DNA of 62,674 nucleotides, counting the filler, from Basidiobolus meristosporus CBS 931.73 (Eukaryota > Fungi > Basidiobolomycota): assembly GCA_002104905.1 (NCBI GenBank). It is 3 parts of 3 records of this genome, joined end to end, with 100 filler letters (N's around TTAATTAATTAA, not from the genome) between each part and the next. Parts side by side here need not be neighbours in the genome. Positions count along the whole stretch, not along the records: positions 32,315 to 62,674 come from MCFE01000851.1; 2 more parts are not named here. One strand, 5' to 3'. Positions 39,941 through 52,689 of the stretch are shown here, piece by piece. The notes under the pieces were generated by a model that ran no database searches, was not told the DNA's origin, and saw only the letters and a list, made by a program, of their open reading frames with translations. A program made the position numbers and the translations under genes. Within the stretch, counting starts at the first letter, position 1, and every line of letters begins with the position of its first letter.

Positions 39941-40825
39941 TTACTCTTCATAATGCTCCAGACACATTTCTCTCAGTGGATGTCTTCTTGTATGAACATA
40001 CTGTGCATTGATAAGTATCTTAACTATTTTACCTATTCTGCTGTTTTCTCCTATATATGACTTTCCTCTGTATTTACCTGCCAATATGCTGAATCTCTTC
40101 AGATATCCAAATGTGTGCTCTACCCTTACTCTGAAATGATTAAATATCTCATTGTAGAGCTTCTGCTTCCTGCTAAGCACACCATTCCTTGGCTTCCTAT
40201 AAGCTGTAATACATCCTAATCTCTGACAATCCTCTCCTATATAGGCCAAGTCTGCCATACATTTCTCCCCTCTACTGAATTCAGGATGATTCTCTACCCA
40301 GAGTGCTTTGTCATGCCTACTTCCAGCAAATGGCCCACTAAACCAGATGATGTTACCCTCAATGTCAGACAGTGCTTGAAACTTCACACAGTGTGCCTTG
40401 TACTTGCCAGAATAAAAGTGCCTCTGCCCTCTAGAAGGTCTGTTAATCCTCACTGGGAAGGTATCCAAAATACTCCTGATATGGAACCTGTTGCTGAACA
40501 CTCTGGGATATGGAAGTCTATTGGAGCTTCTGAACCTAGTATTCCAAGCTTGCTCTAAGTCATTCATACCCTCTGCAAGGTGGTTCTCCATTGCTGTCAG
40601 CTGGGAATGAAAGCTTCTAGGACTTTTGTTGCCATGGATGGTGGGATGAAACCTTGTAGGGCAATAGTTCTTGTAATAGCAGAGAAGCTTAACAAGGGAT
40701 CTCCTTGAGTAGATTGGGGTTGATGGTCCACAGTACTTGGAATAGATCTCCTCCAGTGTGTCAAAAGGAAATCAAGTGGTAGTGATGGGATTGATGAGAA
40801 AAGACCATTCTGATGAGTAAGTCAT
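39941..40825 (-). pseudogene. DDE transposase of copy 3 with TGA at codon 18
   Basis: Near-identical to 22978-23862, but TGA at 40774-40772 where copies 1 and 2 have GAA; open from Met79 (40591). Confidence 0.85.
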
Positions 40826-41276
40826 ATTAAAATTGATGGATGATTGTATGGAGGCGTATTGAATCGATTCGGCACAATCTGCGTTATTTATCTGATTTTT
40901 AACACATTATGGTTAAATCTCCATCAATTGCCATGTATCCCATCATTATGTTGCAAAAATCATCCGCAAACAATGCCCTGGTACTTTTATTGATGCTTTA
41001 ATCATAGGTCTATAATTAAATAGGAAATCTGCAATTGATGTGATCTGATCCGTGTCAACGCGATCCAAGATGCATCATGCATAATATATGGAAAATTCAA
41101 CAATCACCTTAGTTTTCATATATATTTCATATAAGACCAGGTTGATGCCAATATACTGCTGTATAAGTATCCAAATCCGTAGCTATGGTCCCCATACCAA
41201 ACCTCAACTCATCTTTAGTACAACCCAGACAAAACCCATCCCCAGCTCACAAGTGCGGTCCGGACCGGAAAAGTCG

Positions 41277-42440
41277 ATGTCGGATCCATTTGAGTTCTTG
41301 CCAAATGATTTTAGTATGGCCCAAGTGTCTATGATGAGCCTTCATACAGATATTTGGGCACTACTGATTAATCTAGCAGAACTAGATACCTCAGAGAGTC
41401 GACAAAGATGGAAGAATTTGAGTAGAAAGCTGTGGCATGAGTTCTACATCAAGATGCCAGCTGATGTATGTAAAAAGATATATTACAAGACAAGTATTGA
41501 AATCAAGAATGAGCTGAGAGTGAGGGGATTTGACGAGGAAGCTGCACGGGAACGATTTTGCGCGCAATTTGCACAGTACGGGCCGGACGCGTCTGTTCAT
41601 GCCTCAACTTTGGGAACCAAAGAGAATTTGAATGAGTTTTTGCCTCAAATGACTAATGTACTACGTGATATATTAGTAGAGCTAAGTGGCTTCCAAGAGC
41701 AATATACACAGGACTCATCCAGGCAACAGCTCCAAAGTATCAGACAGAGGGTAAGTGAATACCTTGAGGAATCAGATGGTGAGCTTCAGGAGGAAGAATA
41801 CAGACCGCAAGCAACATTGTCCAGATTGCGCCAGCACGCCTTGCTGGATTCCCTACCATCTCTGGCAGCCACAGCGCGCCAGCACACGTCAGTCCAAACC
41901 ACGCCAACACCCTTTACCAGAACGCCCCGCGTTGAGTCAACGCGCATTGAGTCAACGTGCGCGCTTCAGAGCAAAACTACCAGAACTTGCCAAACTGCTC
42001 ATTTAGACACAAGTCCATTGGAGCGGACCGAGTTGCGTCAACATGCGGCATCACATCAAACTCAGCCAAGGGCCATCTCAACGCGTCAAGGCGCGCCTGC
42101 GCGTGCCGTTTTGCCTGACCATCAGCGAGTTACTTCTGGTGAACTGACTGATGATGACCAACATGAAGTGACTCAACCACCGGAGCCCTTGGCAAGTAAA
42201 AGAACGCGTCAGCGCGTGGCACTACAGGCCGGTTCAGTTAGTTCAGTTGGTTCAGTCGGAGCGATTCAGAGCGGCCAAGCTGCAGCATCGCACTCATCAA
42301 CTAGGAGGCAAAATACTGACTACAAATACACAAGTAGCCAAGATGATAGTCAGCCAGGAAGTAGTATAGGTGTGCAAAGTGAGTCACTACCAAATGCTTC
42401 AGTAGTAATCCCTGTGAGAAAAAAACCCAGGAGAAGATGA
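41277..42440 (+). CDS. Harbinger ORF2, putative Myb/SANT/MADF-like DNA-binding protein with a disordered C-terminus and NLS, open frame
   Basis: DIWALLINLAELDTSESRQRWKNLSRKL resembles MADF helices 2-3 (W..I......C..RWKNLR); C-terminal RKKPRRR. An upstream in-frame ATG exists at 41088. Confidence 0.65.
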   Translation: MSDPFEFLPNDFSMAQVSMMSLHTDIWALLINLAELDTSESRQRWKNLSRKLWHEFYIKMPADVCKKIYYKTSIEIKNELRVRGFDEEAARERFCAQFAQYGPDASVHASTLGTKENLNEFLPQMTNVLRDILVELSGFQEQYTQDSSRQQLQSIRQRVSEYLEESDGELQEEEYRPQATLSRLRQHALLDSLPSLAATARQHTSVQTTPTPFTRTPRVESTRIESTCALQSKTTRTCQTAHLDTSPLERTELRQHAASHQTQPRAISTRQGAPARAVLPDHQRVTSGELTDDDQHEVTQPPEPLASKRTRQRVALQAGSVSSVGSVGAIQSGQAAASHSSTRRQNTDYKYTSSQDDSQPGSSIGVQSESLPNASVVIPVRKKPRRR

Positions 42441-43321
42441 TGTGATCGCTTTGAATTGCTCACATTTGTAATGATCCCAACAACCCTTTTTTTGCAATCC
42501 AAATCAAGCCATTGCAAATCAGTGATCATCAAATTTTTGATATAAGTAATATCAAGGTTGTCTCACATTTGAGACAGAACCCCTATAAATAAACACCCTG
42601 CATATATATACGTCATCTGTAATACCAGTGCAGCTATTGGATCTGTTTCGCACCTACACAATTGCTTGCGTGCTAGCTATGACACCTTGCCCAATCACCA
42701 GGATCAGGGATTTACTTGCTCAATGGGCAAAATGGGATATTTGACGGCAAATCAGGTAGCTTTTTCAGTAGTCAATGAGCCAATTGGGGGCTGCCAGCTT
42801 CAGGATACTTTTGGACCAATTAACCACTGAGATACCGTCCAATTGGAGTGAGGGTAACCAAAATGGTAAGTATCAGTGTAGTTTATAGTGTGATACACAT
42901 TTATTTCCATTTACATTAAAGAAACATATCCAAATACCGGATTTTACCTGCCATTATAGCAGTATCCAATCGCGCACGTGATGCAAGCATTACGAGTTGG
43001 CACGATCATCTGCGCCAACCTCATTGTGTCAGATTGTGCCATAGTGTGCGAGATTGTCCCGCATGGTGCAAAATTGTCCAAGAACAATCCTGCCTTCTGG
43101 TAGCTATAATATCGCGCCCAATTGTTCTTTGCAACCGCGGATTGCGCCGCGCGCCCTGGCACAGTACAATGGAACAAGTCTAAAGTCCTATCCCCCCTTA
43201 AGTATTCCTTAGTCTGATACACACAGGTCTTGAATAAGTAGCCTTGCTTTGGAAATCCGCCTTGCCTTGTTGATCCACACCTAAGTCCTTTCCTGGTCCT
43301 GCCTTGTGTCTATTCATAACA

Positions 43322-46300
43322 CCAATGATATACCTAAGACCTTTTAAAGGCAGTCCAACCTGTTGTGCAACTACTGCAAAAGGAAAGGACACACATCAGA
43401 CTGGTACTTCAAAAAGAGAGAAAGTCAGCTGAAATAGCCTAAACATAGGTATACTGCAACAACCAAAGATAAACTATTCATATCTACACCAAATATGACC
43501 ACAAGCAAGGATTCTCAGACATGGTATATACACTCTGGAACAACTCAATACTTTACAACCAAAAGATTTCTCTACCCAATATTAAAAAATTCCAATTGAG
43601 AAGACTTTTATAGCTGACAATAGAGCACATGATGCAGTGGGACAAGGAAATATCCAAGTAAACCTTAGGAGCAGTGAAGGAAGCCATACTCTTACCTTCA
43701 AAGAACTACTCTATTTACCAGAAATAGCCAAGAACCTACTATCTGTAAGCAAGGCCTCAGCAGAAGGACTCCATTTCAACTTTGACAATTCTGGAAGCAG
43801 GATCACTAATCAAAATGTAGCTCTTATCTCTTCAGGTAGCAGAGATCCAAATCTGTATAAAATGACTTATTTCCATCATATCTAGAAATCAATACAAGTA
43901 ACTCAAATGAAGAAACACTAATACTTTGGCACAGGAGATTTGGACACATCAATTTTGATTATTTACACAAAATGATCAAAGATCAGCCAATTTCTGGAGT
44001 AAAATTTGTTCCCTAGCTGATTTGGAGCACTATGAAGCTTGCATATATGGGAAACATGTCAGACAACCATTCAAGAGCTCCAGTTCAATTAAGACTAGGA
44101 AACAATTTAATCTACTCACTTAGATCTGTGTGGACTTGTGCAAAATTTATCCCTAAGTAGGATGAAGTGTTTAATCACTGTTATTGATGATTATACAAGA
44201 TACATGTGGGTCTATTTCACTGAGAGTAAGAAAGAAGCTCTGTCAAAGCTAAGGGTGCTTAAAGTTGTGGCAGAGAGAGAAACTAGTGAAAAAATCAAGA
44301 AAATACTCTCTGACAATGATGGAGAATATACCTCAGAACACTTCATCCACTTCTGCAAAACTCATGTGACAAGGCAAGAGACTACTGTGCCATACTCCCC
44401 ACAGTAAAACAGAGTAGCAGGACATGCAAGCGGATCAAAAGTTGATAAGGCAAGATCCTGAGTCCATGCTCTTAAGTTATTGTATAATTTTGGGAGGAAT
44501 CAGATGCCACAGCTGTAAACCTGAAAAATAGGGGTTATAGCAGAATACTTTGTGAATCTACTCCATTTGAAACATGGTATGGATACAGACCAAGTGCAGT
44601 ATATTTAAGAATACTTGGATGCATAGCTCATGCAAACATACTTCTCAGAAATCAGTCAAATTTCAAGCCAAAATGTGTAAAAAGAACATTTTTGGCCTAC
44701 TGCAAAGAGATTAAAGCATACAAAGTTTAAAATATTGAGGCAAAGAAGCTGATCAAGTTCAGGAACTTCTTATTTGATGAAAATTCATGATGTTGACAGA
44801 AAATGACATCAAATGATGACAAAAATCTGATCTTAAGTCCACTAGTTGTTAGGATTGAATCAGAGCAAAACAATGAAAGTCTTTTCACTCCAAAGGACCC
44901 TACAACCATGGTTCAGCCTGAAGCAGTGCTCAGGAATATCCCAGAAGTGATTATTCTGGCATCAAATGCCCAAAGATCCAATCAAACAAGAAATAGCTCA
45001 TGCTATTTTATCAGTGGGGGTACAAACTTAGCCTATGCCTATTCAGTCCATATTGATGAGCCCCAGACTGTAAGAGAGGCCCTAAATAGCCCTCAGGCAA
45101 TGTTTTGGAGATCTGCAATGATTTAGGAATATTAGGCCCTTATGGAAAATCAAACTTGGGACTTAGTCAAATTCCAACTCAACCAAAAATCAATTGATTG
45201 CCCAAGGGTCTTTAAGACAAAATACAAGGCCAATAGTACAAGTGAGAGATGCAATGCAAGACTTGTGGCCAAAGGATACTCTCAAACAAAAGGACTTGAT
45301 AATACTGAGACCTTTGCACCAGTAGCTACAATTAATTCCATCAGATTAACATTGGCTATCGCAGCCAAATATTAGTTTTGTATACATCTAATGGATGTAA
45401 ACTGCATTTTTGAATGGACAACTGGATGAGAATGTGTATATGAACCAGCATGATGGGTTTGCTGACCAAGATTACCCCCATTTGGTGTGCAAGCTTAAAA
45501 AGTCTCTATATGGACTCAAACAATCATTAAGAGCCTGGAGTTGCAAAAAAGATTTTTATTTGGAACCTTTGAGTTTGAAATGAAGTAATGCTGACTATAG
45601 TACATACTATAGGCCAGATAGAACAAGCCCAGCTCTATTAGCTCTATATGTGGATGATCTTATTATAGTCACCAATAACCTAGAAATACTGCAGAGACTA
45701 AATCCAGCCTATCCCTTGGGTAAAGATGTCCAATCTAGGAGAACTCATTTATTGCTTAGGGATAAGTTCTCTATACACAGAAGTACCCAGACTATCACCC
45801 TAGCCCAGTCCAAATATATTCAAGATATACTAAAGAAGTACCAAATAGATGAATGTAAACTGGCTGCTACCCCAGTAGAGACAAACCTTAACTTGGTCAA
45901 AACTCAACCAAATCAAGAGAGCTTAGTGCCATCTGAAAGCCCTGACTTATCTTAGCAATCTATGATTGGCAGGCTGATGTATATCATGCTTGGAACACAC
46001 TCAGATATCTCTCATTCAGTGGGAGTTGTTAGCCAGCATGATCAGAACAATGGATCTGATCATATTGCTGCAGTTAGTAGATTTTCAAATACCTAAAAGA
46101 AACTGCTGATATCTGCTTAAGTTACACTTATAAGGATTCAGAACAGGGTTGTGTGGGGTTCTCTGATGCTGATTGGGGACAAACCTAGAAGACATATGAT
46201 CCACCAAAGGAAACACCTTTCTTTACTGTAAAGGAACAATTTCATAGAATTCAAGAAAGCAACCAACCGTAGTACTTTCTACCACAGAGGCAGAGTATAT

Positions 46301-46633
46301 AGCAGCCTGTGAAGCTATAAAAGAAGCAATGTGGATAAGGAAGCTTTTTAAAGATCTAGGCCTATGTCACAAAATGCCTATTACTTTATTTCAAGATAAT
46401 CAAGGATGTATACAATTAGGTAGAAATCCTTCTTTTAATGCTGGAACTAAGCACATAGATATTAGACATCATTTCATATGTGGAGCTTTAGAGAACAACT
46501 TAGTTAACTTAGCTTACTGTCTTACAGATCAAATGATTGCAGACATATTCACCAAACCACTAGCTATAGACAAGTCTGCATATCTTAGGTCAAAATTAGG
46601 ACTAGCCAGTATAAGCACTTTGCTGAGTGGAGG
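43322..46633 (+). mobile_element. Degenerate Ty1/Copia: gag knuckle, protease, integrase, RT, RNase H
   Basis: CNYCKRKGH, WYIHSG, IDDYTRYMWVYF, LSDNDGEYTS, ARLVAKGYSQ, LYVDDL, STTEAEY, TKHIDIRHHF, MIADIFTKPL; many stops. Confidence 0.9.
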
Positions 46634-46882
46634 TGTTGTAAAAATTTGTGATTCCAGCTAAATACTAACCTAACTTAGTCACTTATATCACAGACACTAA
46701 GCACATATATATTAGATATTGTATCATATGTGAAGCTATGGAGAATAACCTTGTAAACCAAGCTTACTCTCCTACAGATTAAATGCTTGTAGATATATTT
46801 ACTGAAGCATTAGTTAGAGATAAATAGATTAACTTTGGTCACAGTTAGAACTAGTCCATATGTGCATATAGCTGAGTAGTAG

Positions 46883-47231
46883 TGTTGTAAAAATTTGTAA
46901 TTCCACTTATATATTCACCTTATGTAGACACTTAGATCATCACCTTCAAATCCTAGAGAATACTAACCAAAATGCTTGTTGGGATTTACTTAAAATATTT
47001 TCATCAAAATATCAGGTACCCAGAGCATGAAAATTCTCAAAGTTGTCCAAACAGCCCCAAACTCTGCACACATGCTCTTAGGACCTTTTTAAACCTATTC
47101 TACTTGCTTATTATGCCAAGACCATGCAAAAGTATAAATACTACTTTTACATTCAATTAATCATTAAGTGAAATACACATAATCTACTTGCTCTCCCAAT
47201 CACTTCCAGCATATCCAAGACTCTTACAACA
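46883..47231 (+). repeat. Copia 3' LTR (349 bp), preceded by a ~249-bp tandem duplicate of RNaseH end/PPT/LTR start
   Basis: TGTTGTAA at 46634 and 46883; TTACAACA end; homologous to 2175-2522. Confidence 0.75.
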
Positions 47232-50200
47232 CAAATGGGGTAGGAGAGCATAACAAGCCAGCTCACAGGAGCTTTGACAGCCACAGAAGATTCAATCAGA
47301 AACCATACCAATGGATATAGATGTAATATGGTAGTACTTAACATAGGTGGAATGCTGGAAGCATATGTTTTGCCTCTACTTTTTGTAGAAAGGGCCCTTG
47401 CTAGATACTGTGCTCCATAGACAGAGAGTTGGCAACTGACCAGCAGCCTTAGTCTCACTGTCAGAGCAACCCCCTTGAAATAGGAAAATGACTTGTACCA
47501 AGACACATATCTTGTATTGAAATTAATATAGAGAAACAGCCCTGATGCATTGCAACTGACAGCAGCTATTGTGTTCTGATGATCCCCCAACTTGGGCAAC
47601 AGCTAACATCATATTAGCCACAGGCACTTTATACATCATTAGCTTGGGACAGCTTGCTCAAAAGCTGGAATTAGCACTTGCATCTTCATATATGATCACA
47701 AAAGTATCAGAAGCCATCAGAGACAAAGAGGCAAGTTTGTACAGCAAGAACTAACATTGCAGGGAGCCCCAAGCAGGAAGCACAAAAATACCATCAAGTG
47801 GAAAGAGTGCCAGAAAGCAACATGCCAATAGCAGTCCTAGCATAACCAGACCTATACAAAGAAACATGTATAACAGGATGCAAGATTCATCCTGTCTAAG
47901 TGGCAGTCTTGGTTCTGATACTGTCAAAGATAAAAGAAACGGTAAATGCTCAGAGGGGCAAGACAATTACTGAAGCTTGCAAATGTGTGCATTGGTGCTA
48001 TGCTTTGCAACCTGGGTATCTGGCGTTTTGGTCAAGTAGAGTATGCAAATCACAACCAGTAGTTTGGCCAGAATACTCCAGGATTTGCTGCCCCATGAGA
48101 AATCTCCAACTTGGAGCTATCTGATAATCTTCAAACATTTTGCTGCTTCTCCATAGGCATTTTTGCAGGCATTCTGCTGGTGCTTTTCCTTCCTATTTGG
48201 CTCCAATACCTGGTGGATATAGTCAGCAGCTGATTGCCAAATTTGGTATGAGCTCCAGTTGATTTTGTGTCCTAAAGTAAGATATATCTGCTTGTCTGCC
48301 AAATGGCTAGTCCAGGATATGCCCAAAGTTGTCAGCTTTGAGAAAGCTGGAACTCAGGTGATATCATGATGGTAGGCTACTAGCCTTTTGTTAGGCTTTT
48401 TCTCTTTGGGTTCACTATGATCTGAGCAACTATTTATGTCTATTTTCAGCTGATATCACAAAATCTGTCAAATATCATGACCAATCTAAGAGAGCTAACC
48501 TACTACTTGGAGAATCAGTTCTCTTTAGACTAAAGTAGCTCCTTGATCACTTCAAGCCAGTCCAAGGATGAATATGATATACTCAATGAGGAATAGCCTG
48601 GTCTTGTTGGTAGATCTAATCCAGATGAAGCATTCATATCATGTATTACAGCCTTAATAATGTGAGCAACAAGGAATTCCTAACTTTATAATGGAGTAGT
48701 TGGAGCATTTTGGTAGTGTTATGCAGACTAGACAGCTTAATATAGCATAAACCTAATAGTGTTTTGACAGCCTTATTGCAAGGTTTTGATGGTAACAATG
48801 ATTCTATTACAGCCTACATTTCTTTAATAGAGCCCAACCTGCCAGTACATTGGATTGCCATTTATGATAGATATTAGAAGTTATGCAGGGCATCATTTGA
48901 TGTGCCCAGCTTTATCATCAAGTTAGACTAAGCCCACATAGAGAGCCATAAACCAGGTAGATTATTCTGTGACTAATTAATATCCTACTCTAAGAAAGCT
49001 TTACAGTGAGTGGTCCTCATGGTTTAACATCATCTGGAGAAACCCTGTATTGCTAGCAATCATCAGGACTCCACCAGTTTGGGGGATTAATAATGGCCTG
49101 CCAAACTATTAGTTGTTGAATGAATATTTAGTTTGCCTGTGACAAAATGGATAACAAAGAATGGTGAGTTGATCAAGTATCAGCTACATTGTTCAATTAC
49201 TATTTAACAATCTTTGATATACTGAATTTGTTATACCTACATAGTAGCCTTGCACTGTTAAGTGGATGACAGTGAGAGCACAATATACTGGTCAACTTTT
49301 ACCTTATCATTGAAATATACCTAATCTTTAGATGGATATTGATATGTGCATGATTTGGCTTAGTATCCCCCAAGAAAAAAATAGATAACAGGCCAGCAGA
49401 TTACCATCATAATATCAGCTGAATTCCTGCCTTCTCAAAACTGGCAACTCTCCAAAACTCAGGTTCTGGCTTTTAGGCAGACTAGCAGACATATTTCCCA
49501 TGAGGAGACAAGGCCAATTATCATTCATACCAAACATGGTGATCAGCTGCTCACTACTCCCACCAAAAATTGCAACTGAAAATCAGAATGGAAAACACCA
49601 GCTGAGCTTCAGGCAAAAATCAGATGATTTTCAAGGGTGAGATTTTTCATAGGGATTGGTTGTATATTGGCTAAAAGCATGGGCTTTTACCCCCCCCCCA
49701 AACACTACCCAGTGCATAGAGCTATACTTGCCTAGTTGCAGATATTTTGGTAATTAGCCTGAGATTCATTGATTATGGGAAGGTGGGGACTTGGCAAACC
49801 TCAAAAATATTGCTGTAGATATTTGTATGTCCACCAGTCATATCACATTGAGGAAGAAATTTTAGGGGCTTCTTTGGCGGCCATAATGGTTGGTGACGCA
49901 ACTGGGGGGCATATCAAAGCCGGGACATCCGTAGCTCAAAAACACATCCTAAAGTAAGCCAGATTATCTTTGAAAAGCTCAAGATAGCCCTGTATATTGA
50001 GCCAACAACTCAACGAAAATACTCTATGACAGTATACCAAGCCATTCAAAGATCTGGATGTCTGGATGCGACCGATGAAATCTCCTACAATCCATGCCCT
50101 AGCGCACGCAGAGGGGAAATATTGACCTGTAGCAACCTACCCTCTGTACATCGGAATCCAATGATGGGATCCCATGATCTCCGCGTGCTGAAACCAGGTA

Positions 50201-50650
50201 AACCGGAACTCAACGAGGCGCCATCGAGAGTTGGAAGAACACCACATCAGAGGAAGTGAGGGATTCATCGGACGTAATCATTACATGGTGGGAGGGTGAT
50301 GGATTTAACTTTTTTCGGCGTGACACCAGAGTGGTCAGTATGGTGGTCATCCATGATGTCAGTCCATTGGTGGCGGACCCGGAACGGGCAGAATCCAGTT
50401 GGCGATGGCCCGAGGCTAAGACGAAAAAAGCCAGGAAGAGAAGCGGTGATGTCGCACGGCATGATCCATTCGGTAGGGAATCTTGATGGTGTGGGTTGAT
50501 GTGGATGTGTACATCGGTGCGTAGGTGATTTGTTACGGGCGCATATATATACAGGAGATCGGTTTGACGCTTGCCGCTTCCTACATTCCCATCCCTGACC
50601 TGACTGGCCCTCAGTCTCTATCTTGTCCCCCCCCCTTACGCCAAACACCC

Positions 50651-52299
50651 ATGCTAAGCCCGGTGAAGAATTGGTGGAAAAGAGTCGACTTGGACGACTT
50701 ACTTGGGTAGGTTTTGGAACGCAGTGGTTTGGCTCGCACGCCACCCTTGGCACTGGTTAACTCCCATTTTCAGTTACGACACCTTCAAGGTGGTCCACGT
50801 TCGGGACCGGCGGTTAGGCTTCACTTTCCACGGTTTTCAGATCGCCATCTTCGCCTACATCATTTACTCGGTCATACACAACCAGCTTTATCTTAAAAAG
50901 GAGTCCCCGGTTCCAGGTATAGCCTCGCTGGACGGAAACCTTACGCCCCTAGCCAACCCCATTCTACCAAGCTAACGTTGTATTGACCGTGTCTAGGGGC
51001 GATCAGGGTGTCGCTGTTAGAGCCCACCGGTGAACTTCAAACCTCCCCATACTGCCAACAAAAACCGTGCGTCTTCTGGGGAGCGAACCAGATATTGTAT
51101 GTGGAAGAGAGTTGAACGAGGAATTCCCAACCGGACTGATCCCCTTCCATTTAGATATGACCCTGGTGATCAGGGGGCCACTTTTCTGACCACCCGTATC
51201 TCCACCAAAGTGTTCCCAGCCAGAGAGGGGTGCGATTTTCAGCTGCCCACCAATGCCGCCTGCAGATACAATCTACAACCATCCACCGTCTCTCCCGAGT
51301 ACTACATCACGGACCTGGATCGATACACCGTACGCGAACTTCCCTCCATCTTTCTAGTCGCCCCTCGGAACTGATCTTTCCCTCCACACAGCTTATGATC
51401 GAGCATTCAGTTCGCGGCACCGCCACGGGCATCTCCATAAGAAACGGGGAGATGTCTGGCCGACTGCTGATCACGAAGGCCAACAACCCGTATTACCAAA
51501 ACGAGACCGAACTTCACTTCAGCCCCCAAACCCGGCCTCCGAGAGTTCCCGGGGACATCATTACCGTTGGGCAGCTCTTACGTGCCTCAGGAGCCGTACT
51601 GGATGGTAGGTGGAGTCCCCATGGTCGCTAATGGTCCCATTACTCACCGATTCGCACTAGCCCCCTCGGACGCACCAGGTGCGGATCAGTCCAAGGGAGA
51701 AACGTACCGTTCCTCCGGGATCGTGCTCAGCGTGGTGATCGAGTACGACAACGACGGGAGCACGAACTTCAAGTACTCCTACTCAGCGAATTACATCAAG
51801 GGAAACGAGTTCAAGGTCGAGGAAACCATATTCAACCCGACCGATGGATCCATCACCGAACTAAACCGACACGGGTAAGCGCGGTCCAGTCAGACCCACC
51901 TTCCACCACCCTGATCCTCACCCAACCTCCTGTAGGATCCGGATCGTCTTTTCGCAGACGGGGAACATCGGGAAGTTCGACTTCATGTCCCTGCTGACGA
52001 ACCTGGTGGCCTCGATAGCGCTCCTCAAGACGGCCACCTTGCTGGTGGAGATATTCATGCTGAAGTTCCTACCGCAGCGGAAGATGTACTACGAGGCGAA
52101 GTACGAGCTTACCGAGGATTTCGACGACCTTCGTAAACGTCGGAATGGAGAGGATATCGATTTGGAGGGTCGGAAAAAACCCACCACCCTTGGACCTGGT
52201 GTCGAGGTCACCCAGCCCTCACCATGCCACACCCACTTCTCGGCGGAGCCCCTGGTCGAGCATAGAGATGACCACGTGGGCCCATCCAAAGCTGTGTGA
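50651..52299 (+). CDS. P2X purinoceptor-like ion channel, Dictyostelium/algal type (7 exons: 50651-50706, 50774-50916, 50997-51096, 51155-51329, 51392-51605, 51661-51874, 51936-52299; 421 aa)
   Basis: N-terminal YDTFKVVHVRDRRLG (YxTxK), TM1, Cys-bearing ectodomain, RHGIRIVFSQTGNIGKFDF, TM2, LPQRKMYYEAKY (YxxxK); all six introns are GT-AG and keep the frame. Confidence 0.9.
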
Positions 52300-52689
52300 A
52301 GGAACGAGGAACCCGAGAAATTTTGACAATCATAATAACCCCACCCCAACCATGTATTCCGCACCTTAGAACCAGAATCCCTCCGAATAAATACCTCTTT
52401 GACCCCTATCTACGTCGTTCTCACCTTTTAGTACACCACCTGGTTCAACCGGATGATCCGGTAAAGATAGCAGTGCTGTTGAGGTGCCAGGAGGATTTCA
52501 TAAGTAGGCAGCGGACCAGGCCCTTTACCCCTCGTCCCCTATCCAATCCTCATACGATACCATGTACATACAATGGGAATATATTAATTGGAATAGCATG
52601 TTTATTGGTATACATCTTTGCGATCCATTGGAATGATTCAATCGGAGGCAGTACCAACAAATTACAATCAACCTATCCGGTGGCATGAC

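Larger units (their letters stand above)
39758..43181 (-). mobile_element. Harbinger-like transposon copy 3, full length (3424 bp), least decayed
   Basis: TIRs AGACTTGTTCCGTTG / CAATGGAACAAGTCT; TSD AAA (39755-57, 43182-84); inserted in the TATATAAA of the chromovirus LTR. Confidence 0.92.

Noticed and set aside
48900-49100. Possible Helitron/PIF1 helicase remnant
   Set aside because: Only a weak LYV.L-like resemblance, with no other helicase motifs.
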